DNA from: Octopus sinensis
Lineage: Eukaryota
Assembly (NCBI RefSeq): GCF_006345805.1
Contig: NC_043000.1
Span: 132,866,001 to 132,930,000 of the forward strand
Direction of reading: 5' to 3'
Length of the DNA: 64,000 nt
Position numbers and translations under genes: made by a program. Position 1 is the stretch's first letter; every line of letters starts with the position of its first letter. This document shows positions 52,269 through 64,000 of the stretch, one piece after another. The notes beneath the pieces were generated by a model, which worked only from the letters and a program-made list of their open reading frames with translations, was not told where the DNA came from and searched no databases.

Positions 52269-53189
52269 TAATACATACGATATTTTAACAATAACTTTTC
52301 ACAATCCCTAAAAAATCTCATCATTATCATCATCACCATCATCATCATCATCATTTGGCAACTACTTTCCATGCTGGCATAGGTTGGATGGATTGACTGG
52401 AACCGGAAGGCTGGAGAGCTGCACCAAGTTCCAGTTTCCAGTCTTATTTGGCATGGTTTCTACAGCTGGATGTCCTTCCTAATGCCAACCACTCCAAGAG
52501 TGTAATAGGTGCTTTTTATATGCCACCAGCACAGGTACTTTTATGCGCCACCAGCAAGGGTGCCAGTTACACAACACCAGCATTGGCCATGACTACAACT
52601 TCATTTGGCTTGGCGAGTCTTCTCAAGCACAGCATATCACAAAAGGTCTCAGTCACTTATCACCTCCTTGAGACCCAACATTCGAAGATCATGCTTCACC
52701 ACCTAGTCCCATTTCTTCCTGGATCTACTTCTTCTAATCATAAAAAATATTATAGGACTTTTTTAACACAGGGATCCATGGGCAAAAAATAGTTGAGAAT
52801 CATTGGGTTAGAGTATTGTCCTTCTCTATGTTAGGAGGCACAGGCACTTGTAATACAATCATGGGATCATGGTTTTTGATTCCTGTGCCAAGAAGTTCAT
52901 TCTGGCCTAGAGCAAAATCCTTCATTTCACATTGGTTTACTCCACTCAACTATAAATGAATCACCCTCTAATAGACTGGCATCTTGTTCAGAAGGATGTT
53001 GTGATCTTGGTTTCTTATATGTCACAGAAACTAAGTAACTTGCCTCATGAGTCCCAGGACTGAAGCCAGAAATGTCTTTAGCATGTATGGGCAACTTGCA
53101 GCCCTCAACATGTTGTGCAGCCCTCAAAGTGTTTCTAGGTTACTAATTTGCAGCATAACCTAAGAGTAGCAAAATCTCGAATTCTACCT

Positions 53190-53420
53190 ATTTCTTTACT
53201 ACCCACAAGGGGCTAAACACAGAGGACAAACAAGGACAGACATACGGATTAAGTCGATTATATCGACCCCAGTGCATAACTGGTACTTAATTTATCAACC
53301 CCAAAAGGATGAAAGGCAAAGTCGACCTTGGCAGAATTTGAACTCAGAACGTAATGGCAGACAAAATACAGCTACACATTTCGCCCGACATGCTAACGTT
53401 TCAGCCAGCTCGTTACATTT
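53190..53420 (-). mobile_element. SINE family C with TSD
   Basis: Matches 2905-3137. Flanked by direct repeat aattctaccta. Confidence 0.8.
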
Positions 53421-53937
53421 CTCAAATTCTACCTAATATTGAAAATATGGTATGGAATGTGCAAAAAAGCTCATTGACTCAGTTTATATTAAAGATATTT
53501 TTGCACATTCACATTCTTTACCATTATTATCTGTAACATACAGATAATAAAATTTGTTCTTTAATAAAATATCAATGAATTTTCTTCTTTTTTTTTACCT
53601 CAATATTTTAAACTATAATTTATTTAGACTAGTAATAGTAATCAACAACATGTTCAGGGCTGCAAGTTGCCCATACATGCTAAAGACATTCCTGGCTTCA
53701 GTCCTGGGACTCATGAGGTAAGATAATAATATCATTAGGGAATAATGAAAGAGATGACAGCTTAATGTAGACTTTCATATTAAGACAAATAAAGTTAAGA
53801 ATTTCAAGAAATTCAGTGTAAAGTGGGTAAGTAATATTTCATGCATATGTGTTTTATCACGTGGCCTTCTCCCACTTGTAAATGGTACAATGCGGAGCCC
53901 CCAGTTGACGAAAAGTTGCCCATCCCTGGTCTAGAGG

Positions 53938-53947
53938 TTGTTGTTGT

Positions 53948-53978
<31 letters not shown>

Positions 53979-54030
53979 AATGACGATGATGATAATGACG
54001 ATGATGTTGATGATGATGATGATGATGATG
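53938..54030. repeat. (GAT)n microsatellite
   Basis: Directly visible. Confidence 0.9.
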
Positions 54031-54391
54031 AACATCTAACCGGTACTTATTACATCAACCCATTACTTTGATCTATGTGTCTTATTGATATTTTACAGGT
54101 TTCTATTTTTATCAATCCCAGTGCCAGCCTCTTACTTATTTTATCAACCCCAGAAGGGTAAAAGGCCAATCCAAAAAAAAAAAAAAAGTATCATAGCCTT
54201 AATATTTTTCCAATGAATAAGTAATATGACTTTAATATTTTTCTTGGTCGTTTAAGCTTAATTTACAGATTAAACATAGAAAATAGCCAATATTTTACTA
54301 TGAAGTGTAAAGTTTGTTTACATTTCATAATAAAATATTGCTTTGTTTTCTTTTTTTATTATTCTCTTTTGTTTTCCTCTTTCTGCAACTC

Positions 54392-54422
<31 letters not shown>

Positions 54423-55179
54423 CCCACCTCGGCCCTCCCATGAAATAGTTACACCACAAAACATCCAACCATTAAGATAAGCTGGGAGAGTGGAAAGTTG
54501 CTTTTAGCAACAGAAAAATTGATCACAGATCATTCCTAGATTGTTTTAATAACAAACACAGTTGAATAGGATTAAAAGCAGAATGGTAATATTTGCTGTT
54601 GTTGTATCAGGATTTATTTCTACACTAAATTTATCTGTCATTTGCAAATAAATAAACAAAATAGCTATTTTAAATCAGGCAGTTCGAAAGGAATAAAGGA
54701 ATGAAGTTTCTATTTGATCTAATTTCAGTTATGTTGGAGTTGTTTTTGTTGTTTAGCTCTGAATGAGCAGATCTATAACCAAAGGCAGTTCATCCATGAT
54801 CATCTAGTCTCTCTTATATTTATTTATTTATTTATTGAAGGTCACATTATCCAATATATCCTTTTGTTTTTACGATAGCATGATATGATTTGAGGTAGAT
54901 TTGGTGGTTATTTCAAGCAAGTTGAGTGACTATATAGAGACTCCTGCAAGTGTTATAGGATGGTAACAAGTGCTGGAGAGCAGAATTCAGAGTTTAGTCT
55001 TGATCCATAGTTGAGTTTAATACAATTCAATTATACCTTCTGCCTCTGCAAATCAATAAGAGAGTCTGTACAGAGGAATGCGATCTTCCAAAAATAGTAG
55101 CCATCCAGATCATGCCAGTACAGAAAATGGACAGTAAATGATGATGATGATGATATATATGATATATATAATAATAAAA

Positions 55180-55425
55180 TAAATGAGCCCTTTTAAAGCC
55201 TAGCCAGGCTCATGGGCCCGGTTTCCCGGTTTCAATGGCGTATGTGTTCCCCAGCTGGACGGGACGCCAGTCCATTGCAGCATTACTCATTTTTGCCAGC
55301 TGAGTGGATTGGAGCAACGTGAAATGAGGTGTTTTGCTGAAGAACACAACGTGTCGCCCGGTCCAGGAATCGAAACCACAATCATGGTGCCAACACCCTA
55401 ACCACTAAGCCACGCACCTCCACAT
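55180..55425 (-). mobile_element. tRNA-derived SINE family E
   Basis: Reverse complement of the 38983 copy. Confidence 0.8.
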
Positions 55426-55769
55426 ATGATATATATGCAGATATATATATATATGCAATTGCAATTATAAATGGCAGGCACAAATCCCAACCTCTTAACA
55501 ATATCAGTCTATTACCAGTAAATTTTCAGACGTTCTGATACATAATCTTGACAGCTAGGTATGCTGTTTATTTTATGCCAGTTAGGTATTTTATGACAGC
55601 TAGGTATGCATATTTATTTTATGCCACAACTGGAGAACAATACATGAGTTCATGTACATAAACTCCCAAAACTCTGCACTTGTGGTTAACGGTAAGCCAA
55701 TAAGCTAGTTGGAAGGTCTTACATATCTAAGAAGCCATTTATCTAAGAAGCTTTTACCCTGTCAACAGG

Positions 55770-56620
55770 GTAAAAGAGAACAACCAAGGAAGGTTTTGTA
55801 GAGCACATCGGATATTTGCAAAACTTCAGTTGATCTGGAAGTTTAAGGCAAATAAGGTCTTAGATCTGTGATTGGACTCTATAACAGCAATGACCTACTG
55901 CATGGCTCAAAAAGCTATTAAATATTAAAAGAAGACTTATTAACATCAATGCATTCTACAATGTGTCCCTGAGGAAAATCAGCCATATCTTCTGACAAAT
56001 GATGAACTGCATTGCAAAACAGATGTGATCCTTGAAATAACATGTCAACAGTGCAGGAGTGGCTGTGTGGTAAGTAGCTTGCTAACCAACCACATGGTTC
56101 CGGGTTCAGTCCCACTGCATGGCATCTTGGGCAAGTGTCTTCTGCTATAGCCCTGGGCCAACCAATGCCTTGTGAGTGGATTTGGTAGACGGAAACTGAA
56201 AGAAGCCTGTCGTATATATGTATATATATATATGTGTGTGTTTGTCCCCCTAGCATTGCTTGACAACCGATGCTGGTGTGTTTACGTCCCCGTCACTTAG
56301 CGGTTTGGCAAAAGAGACTGATAGAATAAGTACTGGGCTTACAAAGAATAAGTCCCGGGGTCGAGTTGCTCAACTAAAGGTGGTGTTCCAGCATGGCCGC
56401 AATCAAATGACTGAAACAAGTAAAAGAGTAAAAGAGAGAAAGAGCTCAGATGGCTTGGCCATATATAGTCAGGACAAAACACTAAAGGTATCAGTAAGAT
56501 GGACACCATCTAGAAAATGTAAGCCAAGGCAGCTAAAGAACTCTTAGTATAGAATAGTTGAAGGTGAGCTGAGAGAAATGGATCTACATAGAGCAAAGCA
56601 CTAAAGATCTATCTGAATTA
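55770..56620 (+). mobile_element. Degenerate RTE LINE 3' fragment interrupted by a SINE
   Basis: FAKLQLIWK and RWLGH/RWTP..K.RQ-like motifs flank the SINE at 56051-56432. Confidence 0.5.
56051..56432 (+). mobile_element. SINE family B
   Basis: Very close match to the 15837 copy. Confidence 0.8.
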
Positions 56621-57112
56621 ACATTTGACGAATTGTCAGAGTCTTTTATTTTGAGAGAGGATTAAATGAAAACGATAATTGTAATCACCGGTTCACAGCA
56701 AGAATGACAAGGTAGTATTTGTAAGAATTTGTAAAAATAAATACCACAAAAAGGAAACTGCACTCAAATAACATTCGTTTTTAGGCTTTTCTAATGAAGT
56801 GTTTAATGTTTAAGAATGAAATGAAGAAAGTGCAATAATAACGTTCACACTCACTGATGGTCGCTCTCAGTAACTGGCTTTAGTTTATGGAGTTCTTGAT
56901 TTTATAAACTATCAAAAATCAGCCAGAAGGATAAATATACTGTTGAGAACAAATGATTTCATTGGAGAGGTCTGTTATCTCCATTCCATACATATTCATA
57001 CCTCCCCCACCATATATATATATATATATATATACCGGAGTAAACACATAAATGTGAAACAAGGTGGAAAAAAAGAGTACTCAAATACCAGTGGTAGAGT
57101 AATATGCTTTAT

Positions 57113-57298
57113 TTAACCCTTTAGTGTTCGCATTATTCTGCCAAAACTAATGCTTTTTTTTGTCCTCATTGTTTTGAACTAATCATGCATTATCTTGTAG
57201 CTATGAGATTTTGATGAGGTAGCTGTTAATTTTTGAAACGGTATTGTAGGGTTGGTGTGAGAGACCAGATCTGGCCGGTTTAAATGCTAAAGGGTTAA
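57113..57298. mobile_element. piggyBac-like TTAA MITE (same family, opposite orientation)
   Basis: TTAA-CCCTTTAG ... CTAAAGGG-TTAA. Interior is the reverse complement of 10814-11042. Confidence 0.85.
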
Positions 57299-58199
57299 AG
57301 CAGCAGAAAATTCAACAAAACCTGTTACTCTGAGTATTTTATGACGTGAAACTCAGAGTAACAGGTTTTGTTGAATTTTCTGCTGCTTTAAATAAAGTAT
57401 ATATATATATATATATACTATATACATATTATATATAGATGCTGGGCTTCCACTCAGTTTCCATTTGCCAAATTCCACTCACACTGACAGCCAAGGCAAG
57501 AAGACACTTGCTGAAGGTGCAGTGCTGTGAAACCTGGTATCACATGGTTGCGGAACAAACATTTTAACTACACATCCATGAAAACAGTTTATATCCATAT
57601 CTACTGCGGATGTTTCTGCAGTAGATTTGAACACACAAACTATAAGAATACAGTCAAATGCAATATCCACTTCACCAGTTTTTTTTTTTCACACAAAGTA
57701 AATAGATTGAAAAGAATCAAGATCTATTAGCTTATCTTATCTTTTACTCATTACATAAGCAAAAGGATTTTAGAAATGTCCCAGCAGTCCAATAGTGAAC
57801 ATTTCCTCTAAATTTTGATTAAAATATATGAGATTTGTTTGTAAAATATTATAATGAAAACTATGAACCAAAGGACTTTGAAATTCTTTTTTCCTCCTTT
57901 GTACAAACATTTTAGAAATAACTGTCCACAACTACATCACTCTTGCTGCCATAAAATACATAGACAAATTAAAATAAAGATATCTGGAAATGAGCTTGGA
58001 AAATGGAAGACAAATGGATTACTGTCATTAGTTACATCCATACATCATGGAAACTGCAGGTTGCTGTCACATCAACTGATATAATGAAACTCAATGCTTT
58101 ATAGTAATAAATATACCACCCTTACCTGAAAGGTTTTTGTGATTCTGTTCTCAGAGAAGGAAAAGCAAACGTTTTCTTTTTCTTTTTTTTTTTTTTCAG

Positions 58200-58234
58200 A
58201 GTAAAACCAATAATCCAAGGTGTTATTAGAAATG
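58200..58234 (+). CDS. Candidate 35-nt micro-exon (phase 2 to 1), VKPIIQGVIRN
   Basis: Acceptor tttctttttcttttttttttttttCAG| and donor ATG|GTAAGC. Only the phase-2 frame is open. Confidence 0.5.
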
Positions 58235-59089
58235 GTAAGCAACCAGAATAATCAGGAAGTGCTTATTTGGATAAGACACGAGTTATATCATATAATGATA
58301 TTTCAGTCAGTTCTAATGCATTCAATGAGGCATTACAGTTAATATATGATATATCAGTCAGCTATCAGTAACAGCAGATAATCTTATCTCTGTGACACCA
58401 ATCAATTTACTATTGTTATTTATATCAAGTCTTATTTTTCTAAATCGCATTTAAAAATAAGTAACAACAATAATAATTAAATCAGCATGAGGTTTCCTTT
58501 CATGTAATTATTATTTGTTTATGTATTGGTTTTTATGTTAAAGTCATAACAAAAATAGATTAACCAAGGCGAATTTAATTTGATAGTTCTATTTTCTGTC
58601 CCTGAAAAGTTTATGATATCAGTTTAAGAATTAACTAAATCATTTAGTGCTACCGGACTAGCTCCTGTACTGGTGGCACGTAAAAAGCACCCAGGTACAC
58701 TCTCGGAGTGGTTGGTGTTAGGAAGGTCATCGAGCTGTAGAAACCTTGCCAGATCAAATTGGAGCCTGGTGCAGCCTCCTGGCTTGTCAGTCCTCAGTCA
58801 AACCATCCAACCCATGCCAGCATGGAAAGCAGACGTTAAATGACAACAACGATGATGATGGTGATGATCTAGTATTATCATAATATCCTTATTGTCATTG
58901 TTTTCACTTCTACTTTTCCATGATTGCATGAGTTAGATGGAGCTTACTGAGGCAGATTTTCTGAGGCCAGATGCCCTTCTTGTTGCTAATCTTCACCTGT
59001 TTCTAAGTAAGTTAATATTTTCTCATGGCCAGACATGTTTTCAGAGAATATTGAAAATGAGTGACTTTGAAGGCTCCAAATGCAGACGA

Positions 59090-59650
59090 CATGTGAAGAC
59101 TAGAGAGGAATGAGGCTAGTAAGCTTTATTGGATATGCAGTGTCAGTGTACATGTATGACAGAGTGCTAGTGTATTGAGAGAAAAGTTAGGCATAAGAAG
59201 AATTAGATGTAGTGCTGGTTTGGTCATGTAATGCATATGAATGAGGGTGGTTGCATAAAGAAGTACTGATCACTTAACCCTTTAACATTTAAACTGGCCA
59301 TATCCGGCCCAAATTTTCTACTTCTTTTATGTTCAAACCATCTAGATCTGGCCTCTCATACATATCCTACAATGACATCACAAAATAAAACCATCACATC
59401 ATCAAATTCTCAGAGCTACAAGATAATGCAGGGTTAATTCAAAACAATGTGAATGAAAAGGCATTATATTTGACAGAATAATCTGAACGCTAAAGGGTTA
59501 AAGTGGATGGAACCTTGTAGAATAGGCAGACCCAGGAAGACATGGGATGAAGCTTTGAAGGTCAATCTCAAGCGCCTTGTAGAAGAGATGACAAAGGAAC
59601 AAAATGGCTGGTGTCTTTCTGTGCTCAAGAAGACCTATACACCACAGCAG
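59090..59650 (+). mobile_element. RTE 3' fragment interrupted by a TTAA MITE
   Basis: LERNEAS..LREKLGI..WFGHV..[MITE]..GRPRKTWDE is continuous once the MITE is removed. Confidence 0.65.
59274..59501. mobile_element. piggyBac-like TTAA MITE (same family)
   Basis: TTAA-CCCTT ... AAAGGG-TTAA. Interior is similar to 10814-11042. Confidence 0.8.
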
Positions 59651-60550
59651 AATTGATATCTTAAAACCACTTTGGTAATGCTTATATGTGCAGGGCTCTG
59701 CTCCATCTCCATTCTTTCTGCCCATCAAGCATTTCCCCCACATCTCATCCCCCATCACTCAGCTGCTGTAATCACCTCACAGCAGAATAGGCATATACTA
59801 CATCCCTGTCCTTCGGTTATCTTCCCCCAGACCATCAGAGCCACTCCTATTTCTTTTGTCTTCCCTTACTCACCATTTCCACCAATTACCCCCCTTCTGT
59901 GCTTTCAGTCATTGCTCTCTCCCCTCTGCTTTACTCCATCCTTAACACCTCTGCTATTACTCTCAATGCCCTCACATATCAATCATAACCCTCCCCTCCA
60001 AGTCTTTCCTGTATCTCTCACCATCTCTTGTTACAGTCATCTCTACCCTATCTCCAACCATCTCTCCTCATACTCTTATGAAATCTGCTCCTCTATCCCA
60101 CTGTCCACTCAACCAGTCTAATCACTTATATTCACCAACCACTGTACCTTGACGGTATGTCCCTGACAACACATCTCCATCACCATCTCTCTCCTTCTCT
60201 TTCTCTCCTTTCTTTTCCAACTTGTGTAGCTGTGTATCTCCTATACAGCAAGATCTCTACCTCTCTATAATACTTTTTAACCTCTAATCAACTGGTACAA
60301 AGACCAGTCCCTCAATACTACTCTCCCTCGTGGTCAAGGGATCTTTGTCTTGCAAGTTACTTAGTAACCCCACTGGTGCTGGTGCCACAAAAAATTAAAC
60401 GCATCCAATACACTTTGTAAAGTAGTTGGCATTAGGAAATGCATACAGCCATGAAAACCACGCCAAAGCAGACAATAAGCTCGTCAAACTGTCCAACCCA
60501 TGTCACCATGGAAAACTACCATTAAGTGATGATATATATATAATTGTTAA

Positions 60551-61314
60551 GGTGACCAGTAAATTCCACCATGGAAAATTCCACCAGGTAAATTTCACCA
60601 TCGGTAAATTTCATCAGAGGTGAAATTATTATTATTATTAATTATATGGGTTACGATAATATGGAAATAAAAAAAGAATGCACAAAAAATAATATCAATA
60701 ATGTCAATAAATACAAAAATACAAGGGAGAAAAAATAATTATGGAATACAAAGAAATACATGGTGAAAATTTTAAACACCTGAACGAAGAAGGAATATCA
60801 AAAGGAGACCCATTGATATTTTTAAAACAAAGCAAATACTCAATAAGAGATAAAAATATTATAGTGTTTACAAGACAAAAACAAGATCATCTTTGTGAAA
60901 ATACTACAGCAATATAACATAAAAAAAATCAGAAATGTGCAAATAGAAAAGGTAACAACAAGTAAAAAAGTTAAGATTTTAGTAGATAGCCCAGTAATAA
61001 ATAACACTAAACCATATTGAAAACAATAAACCCAATGTTACAATATTTGACCACGCAAGAAAAGAAACAATAAATAAATTTAATTTTCTTATCCTAACTC
61101 TGCTCCACAATGTACTCACTGTTACTTTTTATCCTATTGTTATAATAAAATGTGTGCTAAATTTTAATCTTTTCTTTCTTTATCCCAAATCATATTATTT
61201 TTGAAATTTTGTGATGAGTCTTTTCCATAGATTCTTGCTCGATGAAAGTACATTAAAGTAATCCCATCTCAATTCAAGTAGATTATAAAGATCATTTTCT
61301 ATCTCGCCTTCAGA

Positions 61315-61350
<36 letters not shown>

Positions 61351-61510
61351 TTAAGACTTGAGAGACAAACAGACATTAAATAACAATGGTGATTATTAGC
61401 AGGAGCAGCTTATATTGGAAGTCTGTCCTTGGGTGTAATTTACCGTGGTGGAATTTACCTGGTGGAATTTTCCATGATGGAATTTACCGTGGTGGAATTT
61501 ACCGAGAACC
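60551..61510. mobile_element. Mutator/foldback-like non-autonomous element with tandem-subrepeat TIRs
   Basis: TIRs are built of GGTAAATTCCACCAC-like units (60551-60620; 61432-61510). Flanks aattgttaa (60542-60550) and aattgtgaa (61511-61519) form an 8/9-matched 9-bp TSD. Confidence 0.75.
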
Positions 61511-61599
61511 AATTGTGAAAGAGAACAACAAACATTAAGGCAAGGCAAACATCTCAAGCCATATACATTATTATTATTGGGGAGAAAAAAAAATTCAAA

Positions 61600-61655
61600 G
61601 TCTTACATCTGTTTCTGGGATATCCCAGAGTATATGATATTCAGTCATCAGAGAC
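61600..61655 (-). ncRNA. Hammerhead motif, same family as 20141, altered stem II
   Basis: GTCT-CTGATGA-...GATATCCCA-GAAA-CAGAT-GTA-AGAC. Confidence 0.5.
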
Positions 61656-62411
61656 AAACAGGGAAAATGAAAAAGATATAGATTAATGAAATGACAACAT
61701 AGAGGACAGAAGTAAAGGAATAAGGAGATGAAGAAAGAGAAGAAAAAAGAAGCATGAAAGTTCACAGTTCAACTTTCCAATCATGTAGAAGTCCGTAAGT
61801 CCTTAGGTGCAATCCTGTGTAAACCCATATAGGTTAAAGTCCCGAGAGCATAAATATCCAGAAATAGACTCAAACATACATTGGAAATCTGCAATGGCTC
61901 CATAACTACCTTTGCCTGGCATGCTGAAGATACTGCCAGCTCGCTGCCTTAAAAGGATGATAATATTAACTATTATAAAAATTGATTTGTCCATTATAGA
62001 ACAAGTGTATCTTTTCAGAATGCATAGATTCCATCTTGGAGACAAGTACAACATCCTATTATAGCCTTTTGGAAATTTGAAGAAAAGATCAAAATTGTTG
62101 AACTCTCATACATATTTACATCAATATTTATTGAGATATTTCCAAATACAAACCGGCTAAAGTAATGTTTTTCCTACATAATGGATTCACCATACCCTTA
62201 AAGATGATCATATATTCAGCTATTTATCAACAGTAAAACTGTATCAAAGTAGCAACCTTCATTGCTTTTGTGTTTCACATAAAAAGTCTGAAACACTAAA
62301 GGCATAAAATATATGTTTGCATGTGAGTAGCTGGATATGTCACAGGTTTTTATATGAGGCAATAAAAAAAGACGAACAGGTGATATATTTTCTTGTTTTA
62401 TTGTTTTTTAG

Positions 62412-62503
62412 CAACTCTTCTTCAACAGTTCTCCAAAACTTTGCTTAAGAACTTAAGAGATCAACAACAAATAAATTTACAAATGTTCAAAAAGGCCACC
62501 TAG
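62412..62503 (+). CDS. Possible alternative terminal exon (phase 1), TLLQQFSKTLLKNLRDQQQINLQMFKKAT*
   Basis: Strong acceptor ttttcttgttttattgtttttTAG|. The phase-1 frame is open to TAG 62501-62503, with AATAAA at about 62609. No independent support. Confidence 0.25.
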
Positions 62504-62702
62504 AAAATCTTTTTATCTGGGATCCCACATAAGTCTGTGTAATGGTAACAAACTCAAATAAGGGCAGTAATATCAAACGCCCTCATTCTCCAAAAACAGG
62601 ATTGTGGAAATAAATTATTGGAAGTAATTTTAATAGCAGTACCTCAGCACGGTTACAACTGACATGCTTGATTAAGTAAAATAATATATATATATAGATA
62701 TA

Positions 62703-63085
62703 TAGGAGACGCAATGGCCCAGTGGTTAGGGTAGCGGACTCACGGTTGTAGGATTGCGGTTTCGATTCCCAGACCTGGCGTTGCGAGTGTTAATTGAGCG
62801 AAAACACCTAAAGCTCCACGAGGCTCCGGCAGGGGGTGGTGGCAAACCCTGCTGTACTCTTTCATCACAACTTTCTCTCACTCTTTCTTTCTGTTTCTGC
62901 TGTAGCAGTATTTCAAAGGGCCAGCCCTGTCACACTGTGTCATGCCGAATCTCCCTGAGAAATACATTAAGGGTACACATGTCTGTGGAGTGCTCAGCCA
63001 CTTGCACGCTAATTTCACGAGCAGGCTGTTCCGTTGATCAGATCAACTGGAACTCTCATTGTCGCAACCGACAGAGTGCCACCAA
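62703..63085 (+). mobile_element. tRNA-derived SINE family A
   Basis: Full-length match to 5081-5463. Confidence 0.85.
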
Positions 63086-63710
63086 TATATATATATATAT
63101 GATAATGACGGTATGTATATATATATACACACACACACTCTTTATTCTTTTATTTGTTTCAGTCATTTGACAAGGCTACTGTCTATAAGAAATGGTTGAC
63201 AGTTTTCTTCTTGTCTTAAAATTTATTCCTTCTGTCGACAACTGAACAAATTTCTTTAAAGTCTGTGTAAAGAAATTTCATTAATGCTGCACAATTACAG
63301 TGACACGAAAAAAACTGAAGTGAATACATTAAAATTTAATTATAAACTAGGACTCGTTTTAATTGCTTTGAATTATCTTAGTATTAGGTCATATAGACAA
63401 CATAGCACCAGAAAACTATAATGAAATAAAATACTGATAAATGTAATGGAGTGGCATCAGCACTGGGGTCGATGTAATCGACTTAATCCCTTTGTCTGTC
63501 CTTGTTTGTTCCCTCTATGTTTAGCCCCTTGAGGGCAAAAGAAATAAGTTTAATGATCAAAGAATTGACAATATTTGTTTTGCTCCTAATAGTGTTCTGA
63601 GCCCCAAGTAAAAGAGTCTAGCTTTCAATGGCACAATCTACCTCAATATTTGTATCATAAGCGATAAGATTAGGCATCTGTTTAATTTTTCTTTTCCTTT
63701 ACTTACACAG

Positions 63711-63808
63711 CTAAACTGAAATATTTTCAAGGGATCCAGAGAAATCAAGACAAAACCAATTTATTCCATTCCAATCTAAGCTGCATGAAGCATAGCACAG
63801 AACAACAG
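63711..63808 (+). CDS. Candidate internal exon (phase 1 to 0), KLKYFQGIQRNQDKTNLFHSNLSCMKHSTEQQ
   Basis: Acceptor ttttcttttcctttacttacaCAG| and donor CAG|GTAATG. Only the phase-1 frame is open, matching the phase-1 end of 58200-58234. Confidence 0.5.
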
Positions 63809-64000
63809 GTAATGTTGAATATTAAAAGACATCGCTAGAATGGTATCTAACAGCTACAAATAGCAACTTTATGATAATGATTAAATATATTCACAGCATG
63901 GCTGTGGGGTTGAGAAGTTTGCTTTGGAATCATGTGGTTAGGGTTTTGGTTCCATTGTGTGAACACTGACAACTGGTGTCTTCTATTGTAACTGTTGGTT

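Overview
AT-rich, microsatellite-dense metazoan genomic DNA. The SINE/LINE repertoire and the (AT)n/(GATA)n/(GAT)n load suggest a coleoid cephalopod, probably Octopus (inference). There is no long ORF; nearly all supplied ORFs are microsatellite or transposon translations. Most of the window is transposon debris: tRNA-headed SINEs, RTE LINE fragments and their 3' tails, a Penelope RT/GIY-YIG relic, a CR1-like 3' end, a Tc1 (DD34E) relic with TIRs, two Helitron families, TTAA (piggyBac-like) MITEs, a hAT MITE and a Mutator-like element with a 9-bp TSD. Candidate plus-strand exons with strong splice sites sit among the repeats. (i) A 2-exon, 40-aa microprotein, MSLQTVEGSSLTPDTTGRWPSKSQEMEISRSKFLNGCCCF (13089-13104 + 27121-27227), ends in a CaaX-like cysteine cluster. 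(ii) A phase-compatible chain of three small exons (50274-50376, 58200-58234, 63711-63808) encodes a Cys cluster, a hydrophobic segment and a polar stem, and runs off the right edge. Five minimal hammerhead-ribozyme motifs lie in Penelope-type repeats, one with all catalytic core residues intact. Several long inverted repeats could form dsRNA. All gene models are inferred from splice signals and frame logic only; no homologue was recognised.
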